From assembly GCF_018977255.1 (NCBI RefSeq), contig NW_024704742.1, forward strand, positions 37,140,001-37,204,000: a stretch of 64,000 nucleotides of DNA, in the 5' to 3' direction. The first letter of the stretch is position 1, and each line of letters opens with the position of its first letter. Below the pieces are notes generated by a model. The model was given only the letters and a program-made list of their open reading frames with translations. It made no database searches and was not told where the DNA came from. This stretch comes from Callorhinchus milii (Eukaryota). Shown here piece after piece: positions 12,594 to 26,973 of this stretch. Position numbers and translations under genes: made by a program.

Positions 12594-13504
12594 CAAAAAA
12601 AAAACCTGTTACTGAGCCTGGAACTGGGAGAGAAGAGATTACGGTGCAGTGCTTTTACTTTAGAATCGAAAGAGATCCTGTGGCTTACAGACACTGCGTT
12701 GCATTTCTTCGTTTCTTTGTGTTGGGATCAGGGATGGGATGGAGAGAGGGAGGGAGAGAGGAGGAGGAGGAGGGGGAGTGAATGGATACTCAAGTCAGCG
12801 ACCTGTCTGTCTGTCTGTCTGTCTGATTTTTATAAGGTTTTCAGGTTGTGCTGTGAGTGCAGGAGTTGCAGTGAGTTGCGAGTCAGTAAAAGGCGATGGA
12901 TCTGATTTTATTATTATTATATATATATATGATATATATATATATATGTAAAACAAACACTTTGTTGCAGTCCCAGTGGTTAGGCAATGCCACGATGAGC
13001 TATTATTCCCACAGCAACCAATGTGGTTAGCCCAGCGAGAGGCTATCAGAGCCAGCAAAGCTGTGGATCCAGATGTGTCTCCACATGCTCTCTCAGGTCC
13101 TTTACATAAACACTGATTTGCACAGTTCAGACAGAAAACCAAACGGACTGCTTACCACAGAACAACCACTCCACTCCGTAAGGTATTCATATACTCCACC
13201 TGGAAACAAAAGGAAACCAGGTGTCTAGTTCCAAACTCTTCGCTAGTTATTTCATTTTCAAAGCCATTTCTTTCTGTGGGACGAGATGGTCGACTGTGAT
13301 TCAGCAATAACGACAAGATATCAGTTTGACGTTTCCACTGCTCTTTAAACGAAAAGTACTGTGCAGTAGTAGAAAATTTTCAGTAATGTGGTGGTGGTGG
13401 TGGTGGTGGAGAGGGCGGGGGTGTGAATCTATCTTAAAATTCACGGACATGTTCAATATATATTTTTAAATGAAATTATTTATTGTGATGGGAGCAGCAT
13501 CTTT

Positions 13505-13616
13505 TATAATAATAATCCTTGCATTTGATATAGCGCCTTATCACGTCATCGAGACAGCTCACAGCACTTCACAAAATATACTGTAAAGTGAATTGACTGT
13601 ACATTTGTGGGCGAAA
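13505..13616 (-). mobile_element. SINE 3' fragment
   Basis: taataataatccttgcatttgatatagcgcc...tgtgggcgaa. Confidence 0.85.
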
Positions 13617-14664
13617 CATGTGTATTATATAGTACACAAGATACTTATATATCACCCCTCATGATTTGAGGACATTTTAACACCTGAGCTGCGGGCCAAA
13701 GAGGGTGGGGAGGAGGAAGATGACCAAAAGGTGGAGCACAAAGAAGGAGGAATAGAGCAAGTGAGTTGGAGGGGCTCTGAGGTGGATGGAGTTCCAGAGA
13801 GTAGAGGCAGAATAGCTGACAATTATATAATTTTTTGCAAAAAAGCAGGTTTTAAATGTACTATAAATTGTCTTCAGTGCATTCCCACCCTTCCTGGAGT
13901 AGAGGTCCATACTTAGGCCAAGGGATGATCCTACATGTGTGAGTCTGGCCAGTGAGTGTCATCAAACTATTCAAAGCATCACACCAGGGTTCAATTCTAA
14001 TCTAACTCAATGTCCACATTCCACACATGTTCCAGTGGAGTTCATTGAAAAGGGTGGCTGTTCTCACTCCCCCCGGTAACCTGGGTAAAGCCAGTTGCAT
14101 CACTATTTTTCCTCCAGCTGTGCTCAACTAACGGTACATATTGGGAATTGACCCTTTCATGTTGACGGTTGTGTCTATAATTGAATTGAAAGCCACTTGC
14201 CACAGTGCTTGTTCAAGGCAATCAACCCCACCTCGATCTGGCCTTTGTCGCCTTTGTTGCTAACAGACATGATAATGGGTTTGTTTCCTATTGTACGCAT
14301 TGCTTCTGAAATAGATAAGGTGAGTTTGTAGGAGTGTTGGGATGTACAGCCACATTCTGATGCTAGGATTTGGGTCATAAATAATAATAATTTGCATCTT
14401 TATTGTACCTTTCACGGAAAACCAAATGCCTCAAAGCGCTTTCCAAGATGTAATTGATCAGAAATTAAGTGATTGTTGTTATTTCAGGGAAGCACAGCTA
14501 ATCATTGTCAGAAATATTCCACAGTCAAAAATGATGCCAATTAATATGAAATTTGGGGTAAATGTGGATTGAAGGGGGGGTGGGGGGGTGCAGAATATAA
14601 AACAGATTTTAAAAAATCTGGTTAGCTTTTCAATTGCAATGGCTATTATTAACCCTTTATGCCT

Positions 14665-14766
14665 GCAAAATACAGTCAATTCACTTTACAGTATATTCTG
14701 TGAAGCACTTTGAGACATCTCGAAGACGTGATAAGGCACTATATCAAATGCAAAGATTATTATTAT
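14665..14766 (+). mobile_element. SINE 3' fragment
   Basis: caaaatacagtcaattcactttacag...atcaaatgcaaagattattatt. Confidence 0.85.
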
Positions 14767-15247
14767 GCCCATCTGAATAATTGGGCAGATGGCAGGGCTT
14801 CAGTGTTAATTCATTTTACTGTGGTATTGTGGATGAAATAAAGAGTGATGGGTGAATTTGAGTTTTGTTGAAGTAACAAACAAAATCCTAAACATTAAAT
14901 CAATTGATCATCTAAGGAGGTGCTTTGGGATTGGCTTTGTAAATGTAAATGTATTTGACCTTGTTCTTCAGAAACTACTTAACAGTCGATCAGGAGTGAC
15001 ATTACAACATATACTGTACAACTGAAATATAGTATCTTTTATTGCAGTAGTTTGAATGTTAGTTGAATAATGTAAGTGAATTGGGATGTATTTAACATGC
15101 TGTTAATATAACATGCTGCATTGACCCTGACTTAGGAATTTCAGAATATATATATATATATTGCATTTGAATATTTAGATTCAGTAATAGCTGGACTGTT
15201 TGATTACAACATTACAATAATTTGTGGGCATTGCCAGAAGTAAAATT

Positions 15248-15354
15248 CAGGGTGACCAAAAAGTCGTGATTAACAACCTATTATCTAAAAAAAATAAAAA
15301 TATCATAATTTCTTTAAGACTTTGTAATGGTATCAAGACTTTTTGGTCACACTG
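15248..15354. mobile_element. 107-bp mariner/Tc1-type MITE
   Basis: 23-bp terminal inverted repeats CAGGGTGACCAAAAAGTCGTGAT / CAGTGTGACCAAAAAGTCTTGAT (21/23 match); TA on the right flank, TT on the left. Confidence 0.8.
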
Positions 15355-17294
15355 TATTTGATCCAGACAGCATTCCACTTAATGTTTATTTAAGATTGCA
15401 GTCTGCCTGGCTTTAGCCATCAATTTGGAAGTGTTTTATAAATCAAATCAGGCGTTGCCAAGTGGAGAATCTCAGCCTATTGCATTGAGTATTATTATAC
15501 AACTGTAATGGTTTGCAAGCCATATCAACTGAAAATTTAGATGAATTAAAGTGAGGAAAAATATAAGTTTTCATTTACAGACGATTATCCATATTAAGAC
15601 CGGCTCTATTTCCTGACCAACAGTCTGCCAAATAAAATTGCTCAATCACTTTGACTGTTTGTGGGACATGGATAAGTGTAAATTGGCTGCCATGTTCACC
15701 TACAAATACACAGTCACTACATTTGACTCTAAAATCCTGTGAATTACTTTGAGACGTTTCAACAAGGCACTCTATCAAATGGAAATGCAATTATTATATT
15801 ATTTTACCTGATATTTCTAGTATAGTGCTTAATTCCCACACTTCAGTATTCCTCAAGGTCTTTATTTGCGTAACAATGGAATATTGTTCTGTGTAACTGG
15901 CCGAAGAGAAAATCAATCTCTTATTGCTGACTTTTGAGTTCGAAGCTTCCGTAGAAACTATCTTTCACAGGGTTACAGAGATCTGTTTGATTCTCATTAC
16001 TTCACAGTGTTATTGTAAACGAGATCTCCATGTTCAGAAACATGTGAGCTGCTGCACGCATGTTGCCTCTGTTCAAAATACCTGCAAGCAGCATAGCAGC
16101 TATTCTCCACATGATGCCTCTGCTCGTAAAATTCTCCCTAGGTTCTTGCCTGGGATCCTGCCCTTTGTATTGAGAAGTTCAAAGGCAGTTAGCTGTCTCA
16201 TGCTGAGCCAGAGTTATTGAAGCTTTCATGAGGCCATGGAGAGAATGGGGCTTTTTTGGACGTCCTTTTTTCCTTCCCCCACACAGATGTTTCCAGATAT
16301 ACCTATAGCCTCTGCAACTACAGCAGCAGAGTCAATGATATACCTGTCTGTCTGATTTCCATCTGGCTGCTCCATTTGTTTTAGTTTGGCATTTAGCTGC
16401 TGATCAAAATCTCATTGTTTGCTGACTTCAAATTTTCCTAATAATCTTCAGACATTTAATAATTATTTTTTATATAGTGTCATTAATTATATTTCCCCAA
16501 ATTATCAGACTTGAGTTAGACTTTTCATCACATTATTGCACTAGGAGTTATCTAATCAACTGAAATAGCATCTCAATAGATTCCTCCCTCTCCCTGCATT
16601 CACCTACAAAATAGACAGTCACTATACTCCTGCGAAGTGCTTTGAGACATCTTGCCAATGTGAAAGGAGCTATATCAAATATATTATTAGAACTTGTTAG
16701 GCATTTGGCTTCCAGCACTCACCCTTGCAAAACCTTGCAAGGTCTTACAAGGTTGTGAGAAAACTACGCTCTTACTCAGGACGAATAATTGAGGCCATTC
16801 ATCTTGAGTATTATGCAGGGAGGAGGGAGAGAGGAGACAAATTTAGCTGCAGTACTTATACTTAGGCAGTGCAGCTGAAGTGATTATCTTAAATTATTTA
16901 AGGAAAATCTAGTATTTTACCAGTCAGCAGTTGCCAATTAATTTTGATGATGACTTGCGTTTTTAAAAACAGGAGGCGGGCCTGAGGATTTCTAATTGAC
17001 TACAGTGCTGAGCCATGCCGGCTTAGATATTCTGTCTGCACTGTGTTTGATGATCTGAATACTACAATTGCTTAACCACACTGAGTTTATAAAAAGGGAC
17101 AAACGTCAACATGGTTTGGGCTGCTCATAGCAACTGCTCAAGTAACCCTTCATGAAATATTGTGTGCGTGTGTCGACACTGGGGAAGGAGAGGATTGTAC
17201 ATATCAGTAATGTATCCCCATGGTTGAATGGCTTGTCGACGTTCACTGTGTAGACTCACAAAAACAAAAATCCACTGGAAGAGATGTCAGAGGG

Positions 17295-17660
17295 TGGCTC
17301 TCATCAGCTTGGTTCAGGCCGCACCATTTATGTCTTTAGATCAAAAGGTTGTAGGTTCAAAGCCCACAACATGAGCTCCCAGTGGAATACTGAGTGCATG
17401 TTGTATTTTAGGAGATGCTGTGCTTCAGATGAGAATTTAAACACATGCCATCAGCCGGACAGTCATTAAAGATGCTGTGGCAATATTTGAAAAAATCAAC
17501 AGTTCTCCAAGTAAGTCAGCCATCCACTTGAAGGCTTTTTTATGGGATGGTGCAAAATGACTATTGCATTTGCCTAAAAAAATTGTCACTACATTTGAAA
17601 ATAATTTCTTGAAAGCGTTTTGAGATATTTTGATTTAGTAAGGAGCTATACAAATGCAAC
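17295..17660 (+). mobile_element. Old Deu-domain SINE, degraded
   Basis: ggttgtaggttcaaagcccaca head; cttcagatgagaatttaaac...ttaaagatgctgtggcaatatttgaaa; gagctatacaaatgcaa tail. Confidence 0.65.
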
Positions 17661-20334
17661 TGATAGAAATGAACACTCTAGTGGTTGTGTTTACATTTGA
17701 CCGATGGTGTTCACTCTGTTTAATCAGTGTACCTGACCTGGACTCCAAACTTTTCTGTTCCCTCTCAAGTTGTATTGTGGCATTATGGAGCACAGCTTGT
17801 TGAAAAGAGCACAATTACAGAAATGCATGTTCCAAATGTATACAGATGTGGTTCAGTTCTGTGAAATCCTTTTTCTGTTAGCTCACCCCACATGACCCTT
17901 GATCTAATACCACACATTTTTAAAGCACTCTCCTCTTCTACACCTGTGGTGGATTCACACAATAAGGCTTAATGGGAGCAATGTAATGGCAAATTAACAC
18001 AAACACAGGATAACACATGTTACATACAAGATATGTGATTGCTACATACAAAAAAAAAGGAAGCGTGTTTTACAGAACAATAATAACAAGAAAGGTTCAG
18101 ATACCATCCTAATCATTTTATATATTATATGTCCCTGTGTCATAACACTGCAATAACCAACTCTGTAACATCCCCCCACTACCTCACACTCGCTTTCTAT
18201 ACACTCAAATAAGTGATAAATATATCATTACTTCACTGAAACTGTCAATGTTCACACCCCAATGTTGTAACCTGTTTTAGGTCCCATTAGAGACAATTCC
18301 ATATGAAAATGATTCCAGTATAACAGTGCCTCAACAGAGTTCTCACTTCATGCAGATGTGAATTCTGAGGTCTACATGTTAATCTTTTCGTTCACTTGCT
18401 AAGGCACAAACTTAAATGCTGTCCACATCTCATCCTGTTCGGTCATAAAGCTTTCACCCATCACTAATATTAGTCATCTTTAAATGGCTTTTTTACCATC
18501 ATTTATTTCTGTCATTCCACTGTGCATCTTTGCTTACCAAATAAGTGAAATATACGAAAGTAGCAGCGACTGATTTTCTTTCAAGAAATGAGCTTTTGAT
18601 GTGGACTATTTGTTCTGTCCCAGTTTTTATTTAATAGTGTACATTTAGTTCTAGATTAGAAGTGTCATACTGTACTGAAAAATTACTATACATTCTGTAC
18701 TCAGTTGCTTTCAATGGCTGGGTGTCCTTTACTTTTCCCACCATGTGTCATATGCACAGTGTAAATCTGGATTTCCACTGAGGACAGGTGGAATAACTTG
18801 TTTTCTGTTGCAGTGAAATGTTGCTTTGCTTTAAAGCAGGCACTGAAAACAGAGCTCACACCAGTTGTATATTGCATCTTATTTTGTGGCAAGTGGGAGC
18901 CAAGTCATTGAGGGGAGGAAGGAAGAATTCTCCTTTGGTCGCTCTAAGAAAGTGATTCTCCAATCATCAGTAAATTTACCGATCCTTTCAACTAACCATC
19001 CCCGATTCCCTGTGGACTGAAAAAATTACAGATTTTTGGGACGGATGAGCATTACGATGGGGAACTTTCCACCGAGTTTAGCTCATTTGAAACAGACTGG
19101 GAACAGAATCTGGAACTTTTCTGGACTGTATGACTCAATTACTCAGTGCATCATCTCACTGACCCGTCAGGGGAGCTCCAGGTCGCACCGGTATTTTCTT
19201 GTTTGTGAATGGTTTCTGTGGTTTTTCCTATATTCATTATCCAAACCATTTTGGTTGCTGAAGAGGGAGAAAAAAGGTAGGGTTATTATGAGCTGTTCAA
19301 TTTTCTACTTTGTTTCAACTTTGCAGTATTTTGAAAATATTGCTTTAGATCCTAAGAAACTAAGTCTAAATATTATATATTTTAATGAATCATCACAGGA
19401 TTTACTGCAAAAGCATAGAGTCTGTGTAGACAAATGTGTCAGCTGGTTTGCACACAGCAATGTCACAGAAACAGCCATGACGGGAATTCAATGTGATTCT
19501 GTGCAATAAGGTGGACTGTGCTTTCTTTGCACTGAAAAGGCTAAAAGGAGATCTTTTCTTAGTCTTTGTTAGTTGTAGGATGAACAGGATATGGTTATTT
19601 CTAAATGTTTGGGTGGACAGTCAGCACCATTTTGTTAAAAATGCTGATGTTGACCTATGATGCACAAGAAAATATTTCTGGTGTTTTGAAAACTCATTTT
19701 ACACCACAAAGCTTAGGAGATTTGGTCCAGCCCTTGTCTCTGGCAGCATAGTGTGTTCCAGTAACAGCTATAAAACTAGTACATTTTACATAGAGATGAC
19801 ACGGTTTCAGCTTAAACTTCCACTTGTGAAAGCTTTAAACTGCACCAGTAATTATGGTTGTCTATGCTTTTATCGTGACGATTGGAAAAGGTGCAGCATT
19901 TCTCCCATAGCTGATTCAGAAACAATAATGCATAAAATAAGCCAAATTAAACGTTTCACCTGAGATAATAAATAATAATCCTTGCATTTGATGTAGTGCC
20001 TTGTCACATCGTAAAAACATCTCAAAGCGCTTCACAGGATTTTGCTGTGAAGTGTATTGTGACTTTATAGGCAACCATGGTAGAAAATTTATGTACAGCA
20101 ATGTTCATAAACAGTCGTGAAGTGAGTGACCAATTTTATCTGGGAGATTGTTTGCCACAACACTTTCACCTTGGGTAGAGTTTAGTTCCATTGATAATTT
20201 AATCAAAAACTGAGATGATGTATCTGAACCTGAACAATTCTGTGGAAGAGGAAACTGAAATAATTTGGGGGAAAAAAATATTGCATTCAATGGTTGTCCA
20301 TCTTCAGCATAGTTAACATTCCTGCAAGCGGGAG

Positions 20335-20560
20335 GTGGGAGCCTAGAGAGGGAGGGTGGGGGGGGGGGGGGGGTGGTGGGAGATGACCGAGGGCGAGGTC
20401 AAAGAGAAAGGGCTTGAGACGGATCTTGAAAGAGGTGAGGGAGGGGGAGAATTAGAGGATCTCCAGGATGGAGTTGCATAGAGAGGGGGGCAGATAGGTT
20501 GAAAACATGACCAGTGATGGTGAGGCATGTAGGGGATAGGGATATGAATCAGGCTGAGCG
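20335..20560 (-). mobile_element. L2-clade LINE 3' fragment
   Basis: Similar to the reverse complement of the L2 3' region at 39480-39660 (gtcaaagagaaagggcttgagacggatcttgaa). Confidence 0.7.
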
Positions 20561-21514
20561 GGCTGGTAAATGAAATCTGTTTATCACCTGGAGAATCCTA
20601 ACCCTCCTATCCTTTTATATTGATCACCATGCCCACCAACAAATCGTACATTGTGGCAGCAGAAATGCTCCCTTTCTGTAGCTTAGCTTTCTGTGGTTGA
20701 GAACTGACTGTTTCCAGGTGGTATGTGTACTGGCACTAAGGATTGTCAGCTGGCAAAGAAAGCTTTGTAAGAGTCGCAGTTACACTGAATACATTAAACA
20801 TGCACAACTTGAATTAGTGTCTCAGAAAATATACATTTCAATGATATTTTGGCAAGTATTTGTGGGAGAGAGTTAATGCAATGAGCACTTCATTCACTTG
20901 ATTAAAATTGTCTATATTAATGTAAGTAACATTTTTTTGAAGCAGCGCAAAGAAACCAAGCTACATGAGTGTATTTTGAACCTGCGGTTGATTTGTTTTG
21001 GAGTTTAACAATGAATTGACTGGATTAGATTATGTTATGGCTAATTTACCAGAGTGTTCTAAACTAGTTCTTACACCCATTTTATTTACATGGTGTTAAC
21101 AACTTGTGGCAAGCAGTTACTGAAGCCCTCAGCATTTTTTTTCTATCTGATAATGTTTGCTGGCTTCATACAGAAGCTAATGCCAGGAAATTCCAGTAGA
21201 GTTAAGTCAATATCCTAAGTTTGTAGATATTTGTCAGATGCAAACACTGTAAGAAACAATGTTTCTTATTTGATGACCAGATTGAAACTTGAGCCCCAAG
21301 CAACCAATGTTATCAACCTCATCTAAATGAGTTTGTAACAAGTTAGGACTGGGATCAAAGGAATGTGTTTGTCTCAGGCTACCTTTTGAGTGTTCCTTGA
21401 TTTCATTTTAGATATTGCTGCATTGTTTGAATCGAATAATAATGCAAATTGAATAGTTAATTAGCTTTGAATACTTATTGTCTAATACAGTAAAACTCTC
21501 ATCTTTATAAATAA

Positions 21515-22145
21515 GACTATAAGACCATAAGATGTAGGAGCAGCAGTAGGCCATTCAGCCCCTTGGGCCTGCCCCGCCATTTAATAAGATTATGACTAAT
21601 CTTCTAAACTAATTCCATTTACCCGCCCTATCCCCATATCCCTTTATCCCTCTATCCTTTAGAAATCTATCAACTTCAGTCTTCAATATAATAATAATAA
21701 TAATAATAATCCTTGCATTTGATATAGCGCTTTTCACGTCGGGAGGACGTCCCAAAGCGCTTCACAGAACACACTGTAAAGTGAATTGACTGTATATTTG
21801 TGGGCAATATGTTCAAGGACTGAGCATCCACAGCCTTTTGGGGTAGAGGATTCCACAAATTCTCTACCCTCTGAGTGAAGAAATGTTTCCTCAACTCAGT
21901 TCGAAAAGGCTGACCCATAATCTTGAGACTATGACCCTTAGTTTTAGATTCTCCAACCAGGGGAAGCAGTCTCACGGCATCTATCCTGTCAAGACCCTTA
22001 AGAATCTTATAGGTTTCTATAAGATCACCTCTAATTCTTCTATATTCTAGAGAATATAGACCTAGTTTACTCAACCTATCCTCATAGGTCAACCCCTTGT
22101 CCCAGGAACCAACTTAGTGAATCTACACTGCACCCCCTCTAAGGT
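21515..22145 (-). mobile_element. CR1 LINE 3' portion, interrupted by a truncated SINE
   Basis: ORF 21676..22092 reads YEDRLSKLGLYSLEYRRIRGDLIETYKILKGLDR...HSLKI...FFTQRVENLWN, a typical CR1 ORF2 C-terminus; ataagac terminal repeats at about 21511-21531. Confidence 0.92.
21689..21805 (-). mobile_element. 5'-truncated young SINE nested in the CR1 element
   Basis: SINE 3' sequence with (ata)n tail, flanked by a caatat duplication. Confidence 0.9.
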
Positions 22146-25100
22146 GAGTAACAAGACCAGCTATAATGTCTTCTTTAATGGAAGATCCAGCAAGTCACTT
22201 TTTCTTAGAAGAATGGCAACTGAGTCTAGATTCTATGAGTTATTTGACAGATGGGTGAATATCAGTGCCAAACTACGTGAGAGGACAAGTTTATGCAGGA
22301 GAAGGGAGTGAACGTGAGGTTTATTTGATGTAGAGAGACAAGCCCAATACAAGTTATTTGAGAGACCAAAACTATAAGTGGGAGGCAAAATGAAGCATTT
22401 CTTGTGTGCTCTTAAAAAAACATTCAGCCAAAAGACTTCAGCATTTAAAGGACTGGGACATTTTATTAATGAGTAAATGACCTGTTAATAATATTTGTTT
22501 AATGTGTTTACTATGTTTTGTTGACACAATTATTGAATATTATAATTTTATGTGATACATTTTGACAAAGTTCTCAATCACTACAATTAATAGTAAATCT
22601 TGTGAACTGTATTGCGACAGCCTCCTTACATGAAAGATGCAAAGCATTTTACATTCATATAGTGCCTTTCATGTCAGGAAGATGTCTCATGTGGTGACAT
22701 CCATATCAAATATTATTATTATATTAATTGCAAAGGTTAATATTATTGTATTAATTACTTAGTTTCTTTCCCTCTATCCCGTTTCCTCCTAGTTGAAGTC
22801 AAAAGAGACATTTTCTGCTTCCACTGCTGACCTGGCAAGGCTATAAAAATACCTCTACAGCAACCATGTGTATGCAAGCTGGATTGAAAGATAGTAATGT
22901 TCTGCAAATAGTGACAAAAATTGGTCACAATGGGAGCACAGTGGCAGAGAGTAGTGTTTATGGTGTCTCATTAGCTTCACCAGAATAGAATGAAACCAAA
23001 GCTGTGGTAAAATGAAGGGCGACTGCATAATGATTGTGTGTCTGGAATGTCTTTGGCAAGAGATGGTTCCTGTGCTTTGATTAAATACAGCCTCTGCATT
23101 TAATCAGCAATATGGGGTTGTTTACTGCTCCTTAAGATACTCAAACCCAACTTAACACCGCACTCAAATTCATTTTAGAAATTCCTCATTTGGAAAGATA
23201 TGGGATTTTTGTTTGGAGTGCTTAACGATTGAAATGCCACTTATCCAAAGCTGTCCTCTGGAATTCCTTGCGTCTACCACTTGACCTCGCCCTCTCACTT
23301 TCTGTCTTCAAGTCCCTTCTCAAATCTTAGCTCTGCCCTCCCCCTCCCCCCCCCGGCCCCCACTCTGTGTCAAATGACATGCTTGTGAATTGCCTTACAT
23401 GAAGGCCATATATGAATGCAAGTTGTTGTTGCACCAAAGTTGATCGTCTTTAGGGAAAAATACAACTTTGTTGTGTTACCATTAAGAATGTGAAATTATG
23501 GAGCACAAAAAAATTCAACCCATAGTGCCTTCCAACAATTGCTTATGAATAGAGCCAGATGCAGATTTGACTAAAGACTAAAACACTAGGATGCAAGAGA
23601 GGATCATCTTAATTGCCTAATCTATCTTTTTCTAGATGGCTTGCTGAATCATGGTTTGAAAGGACTGTTCTATGTTTGTGAATGTCAGCAGATCATGTTC
23701 AGTTTGTATGTATTTTCACTGGTATTGTATTTTACACATAGAAAAACGCATATGTTCTGATGAAGTGAAGAACAGAGATGTAAACTATAATCCAGGTAAT
23801 TGGGTTTGACTTTATGGTATAATTTTTATTATTAATAATGTAATAATAAAAAAAATATTGCATTTTATATGGTACCTTATCTCGTCATGTCAACATTTAA
23901 AGGGCTTCACCGGATTTTATTGATTCTGAGGTAAAAGTGTTACCAACTGAGCCACAATGACATCTCTATTAGGAATTGTTGCCTTCCCCTTGCCTCTCTC
24001 ACTGCATTGCTCAGAATATTTTACTTTGGATGTATTATGAATATTTACTGTTAAAGTACAGTATTAAGGAATGTTTGCCTGTCCATTTCGATAATTTATA
24101 GGAGCTCTGCCTATTCTAATGAAATTACGGATGTGCAAATTAAGCCCAATGCTAAACCTAATCTCTCAGTGATGACTAACTTCTGGCATGTGTCATTTTC
24201 GTCGGAGAATGTGGTAATGTTGCCTAGATACTGAATGTTAAGCACCTACTGATGTTTTGTCATTGGACATTTTGAAGTAAGCATTGATTTATTTTGTGTC
24301 TGTTACATTCATTTCTAAAACAGAATTTTTACTATCTCTTTTCCCCCATTCCGCCTTAAAAGTTGGTAAGTTTAAAAAAAATCAAGCATAATAAGCGTTA
24401 TTGAATCTGGACAGAAACAATGAATACAATGGATTAGTGAAATGTGAAAAAAAAATTGGCAAGTTATTTTTTGATCAATGTTACGAACATGACTGAACAG
24501 CTCCGAATTTAGTTTCAGGCAACCTTAATTCTAGGTAAATTCAATTACCAGTACTTGGAATAATAATATTAATCCTTGTGTTTGATGTAGCAGCTTACAC
24601 ATCTCAAAGCTCTTTACAGGATTTACTATCAGTGCAAAGACTGTTTTGTTGGCAAAGATAGATATACAGGTGAATGATGAGAGAAAGAACCAAAGGAGTA
24701 AAAATAGTAAACTCGTGGCTAAGGAACCAATGGTTTGAGCAGCGGGATGGATGTCTGATGAGGACAGTTCAAGCTTTTTCGTAGGTTTCTTAAAATTAAA
24801 ATTGGATGTTGCTGGATGGTGGATAAATAACTACATTGGGTGGTCCTGTTTCTGATTGTCTTGTTAGTTCAATTTATTGCTTATCACGTGTTTTTTAAGG
24901 CTATTTTAAAAATACATCTGAATAAAATTATACGGGTAGATAGTGCAGACAGCACAGATTAAAACAGCTTTTCAGACATTTCATTTGGTAAAGATCAAAG
25001 GTGTCCCGGATCACTGTGTTTTCAGTAGCAAGTGGATTGACTGCCCAGTAGAGAAAATGTCTTTGTGAGATGCAGTGTAGCATTATATTTTAATAACCTC

Positions 25101-26973
25101 TGATAAACTCATCTTCAAAGAGCAGCTACTATAGATCAAATGAATGTTTCATCTTATGAAGATGAGCTGGAAATAGTTCCTGGGTTCTCCTGCAGACTAA
25201 AGAAACGCCAGGATATTTCTGTTGAGATCTAAAAAGTTCATTTGCACCTTAAAGTTGAGTAGAAACATTCATAAATTATTTTTATTGATAGAAATATCTT
25301 TTACGATACGATGTGATGGTCCAAGATATAATCTCAGTTTTCAGACAGACGAAGTGGATGTGTGGGGAGTAAAATAAATTTGTTGCTTGCCCATGTCACA
25401 AGTAGCCCATGAAATTGGAATGTAGATGCACAACCTTTGTACAGATTGTCTTTCTTTGGAGATGGTCTGGAGAGATTGTTGGGAGAGATGCATCCCAAAA
25501 AGACTGAAAATCTGATGCTGTTTGTGAAAGCTTCAGTCCAAAATTTCACCTTATAAACAATAATAATAAAAAAACAGCGTATTGCAATGGTAATTGGTAA
25601 CACTAATCACACCGCCTGCAACCCTTTTTTTTAATTACATTTTTTCGTTTCACCTCTCCTAATAAGAACTTTCTTTGGGTATGGAAATCCAATGAAGCCA
25701 AATCTTAAATTTTTGTAACTGAATGTTAAATCAGTTACAAAATTGGCTGATCAGACATTTATATAGAATTCTTATAAATGGTACTTATAAAATGGTACCA
25801 TTTCTTGGGCTGATTTACATTTTGATGTGGTGCATGATTAGGAATGTGCCCTCACTAAATGTTAAAAGTATTAAGTATTAAAGTATCAAGTATAAAAGTA
25901 TTAAACTACTAAGGTTCCCTATAAATTTCTATGGCTGTTATAGTTTGACCACTTCTGCCGTTGAGTTGATCTGGTAGCCTACCTCACTATAAGTAATTCA
26001 AAGGAGCATTTCACTATTGATTTTAAGTTTTTTTTTATTTTTTTGTCATTTTTCTCTGCTAGCATGTTTGATTATGAAATAGCAGTGGGAGCATCAGCAG
26101 CTGTTGTGAGGTCATAAAGTGGTAACAACATAGAAGTATCCTTGTTGTTGAGCTATCCTGACCGGATTTCTATTGATTTAAAGTAATAGAGCCTGGGTAA
26201 ACGATGAAGGACTGAGCTTGGGTTTACAGTATATTAACATGACAGAGACCGAGATGATGTGGGGGTGGGGTGGGGGAGATATCTATTTATCACAGTACCC
26301 TATTTATTTTACAAATAAAAGAGTTGGATTAAACAAATAGAAACCAAATCAAATCTACATATCTGAAGTGGAATGAGATGGATAAAGGGAACACACTTGA
26401 GAAATAAAAGTAAAATAAATTAAAGAGATGGCAAAGAAGAAACTTTTTTATTTTAAAAGAATTACAAACTTGAGGCCAAAAGAGAGGGATCAAATTAAAC
26501 ATACATGGGTGGGTTTCGGAATGGAAGGGGATTGATCCATATTGTACGTCCAGTATTTAATATCTTAATGTTGAAAGTTCATTTTGTCTCAAAACCTACC
26601 CTCTTTTTGCATTGTCACCCAATAAAGAAATAGATTGTCACCTCCATTGAAATATTCAAGAGGGAGTCAGATCAGTTCCTGTTTTGCCAACAAGCAGAGG
26701 GGATGAATATTTGGGTCAAACAGTCACATTGGAACCTGAAAATAATTGTGGTAGACTGAATGGCCTTTTGTTCTCTTTTACTTCTTATAATTTTGTTCCT
26801 GTCAGCGTTCAGTGGTTAACTTAGGAAACAAGTACAGTGCGGGGGTGGAAAGGGTAGTGGGAGAGTGAAAAGTATAAGATTATAGTTTTTGTAATCTCTG
26901 GTGGGTTTCAGCTTTTTTTTGGTGTAAGAAGCTTTGTCATATGCCTCTTGTTTTCTTTTGGTTCTTAGATAAG

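Noticed and set aside
12960..13190. Alternative coding first exon ending at gtaagg/gtattc (13178/13183)
   Set aside because: No ATG-initiated frame splices in frame to the PTPN13 start through the main acceptor; a non-coding alternative exon cannot be excluded.
25711..25742. 12-bp hairpin ttttgtaactga/tcagttacaaaa
   Set aside because: Short and AT-rich, with no supporting context.
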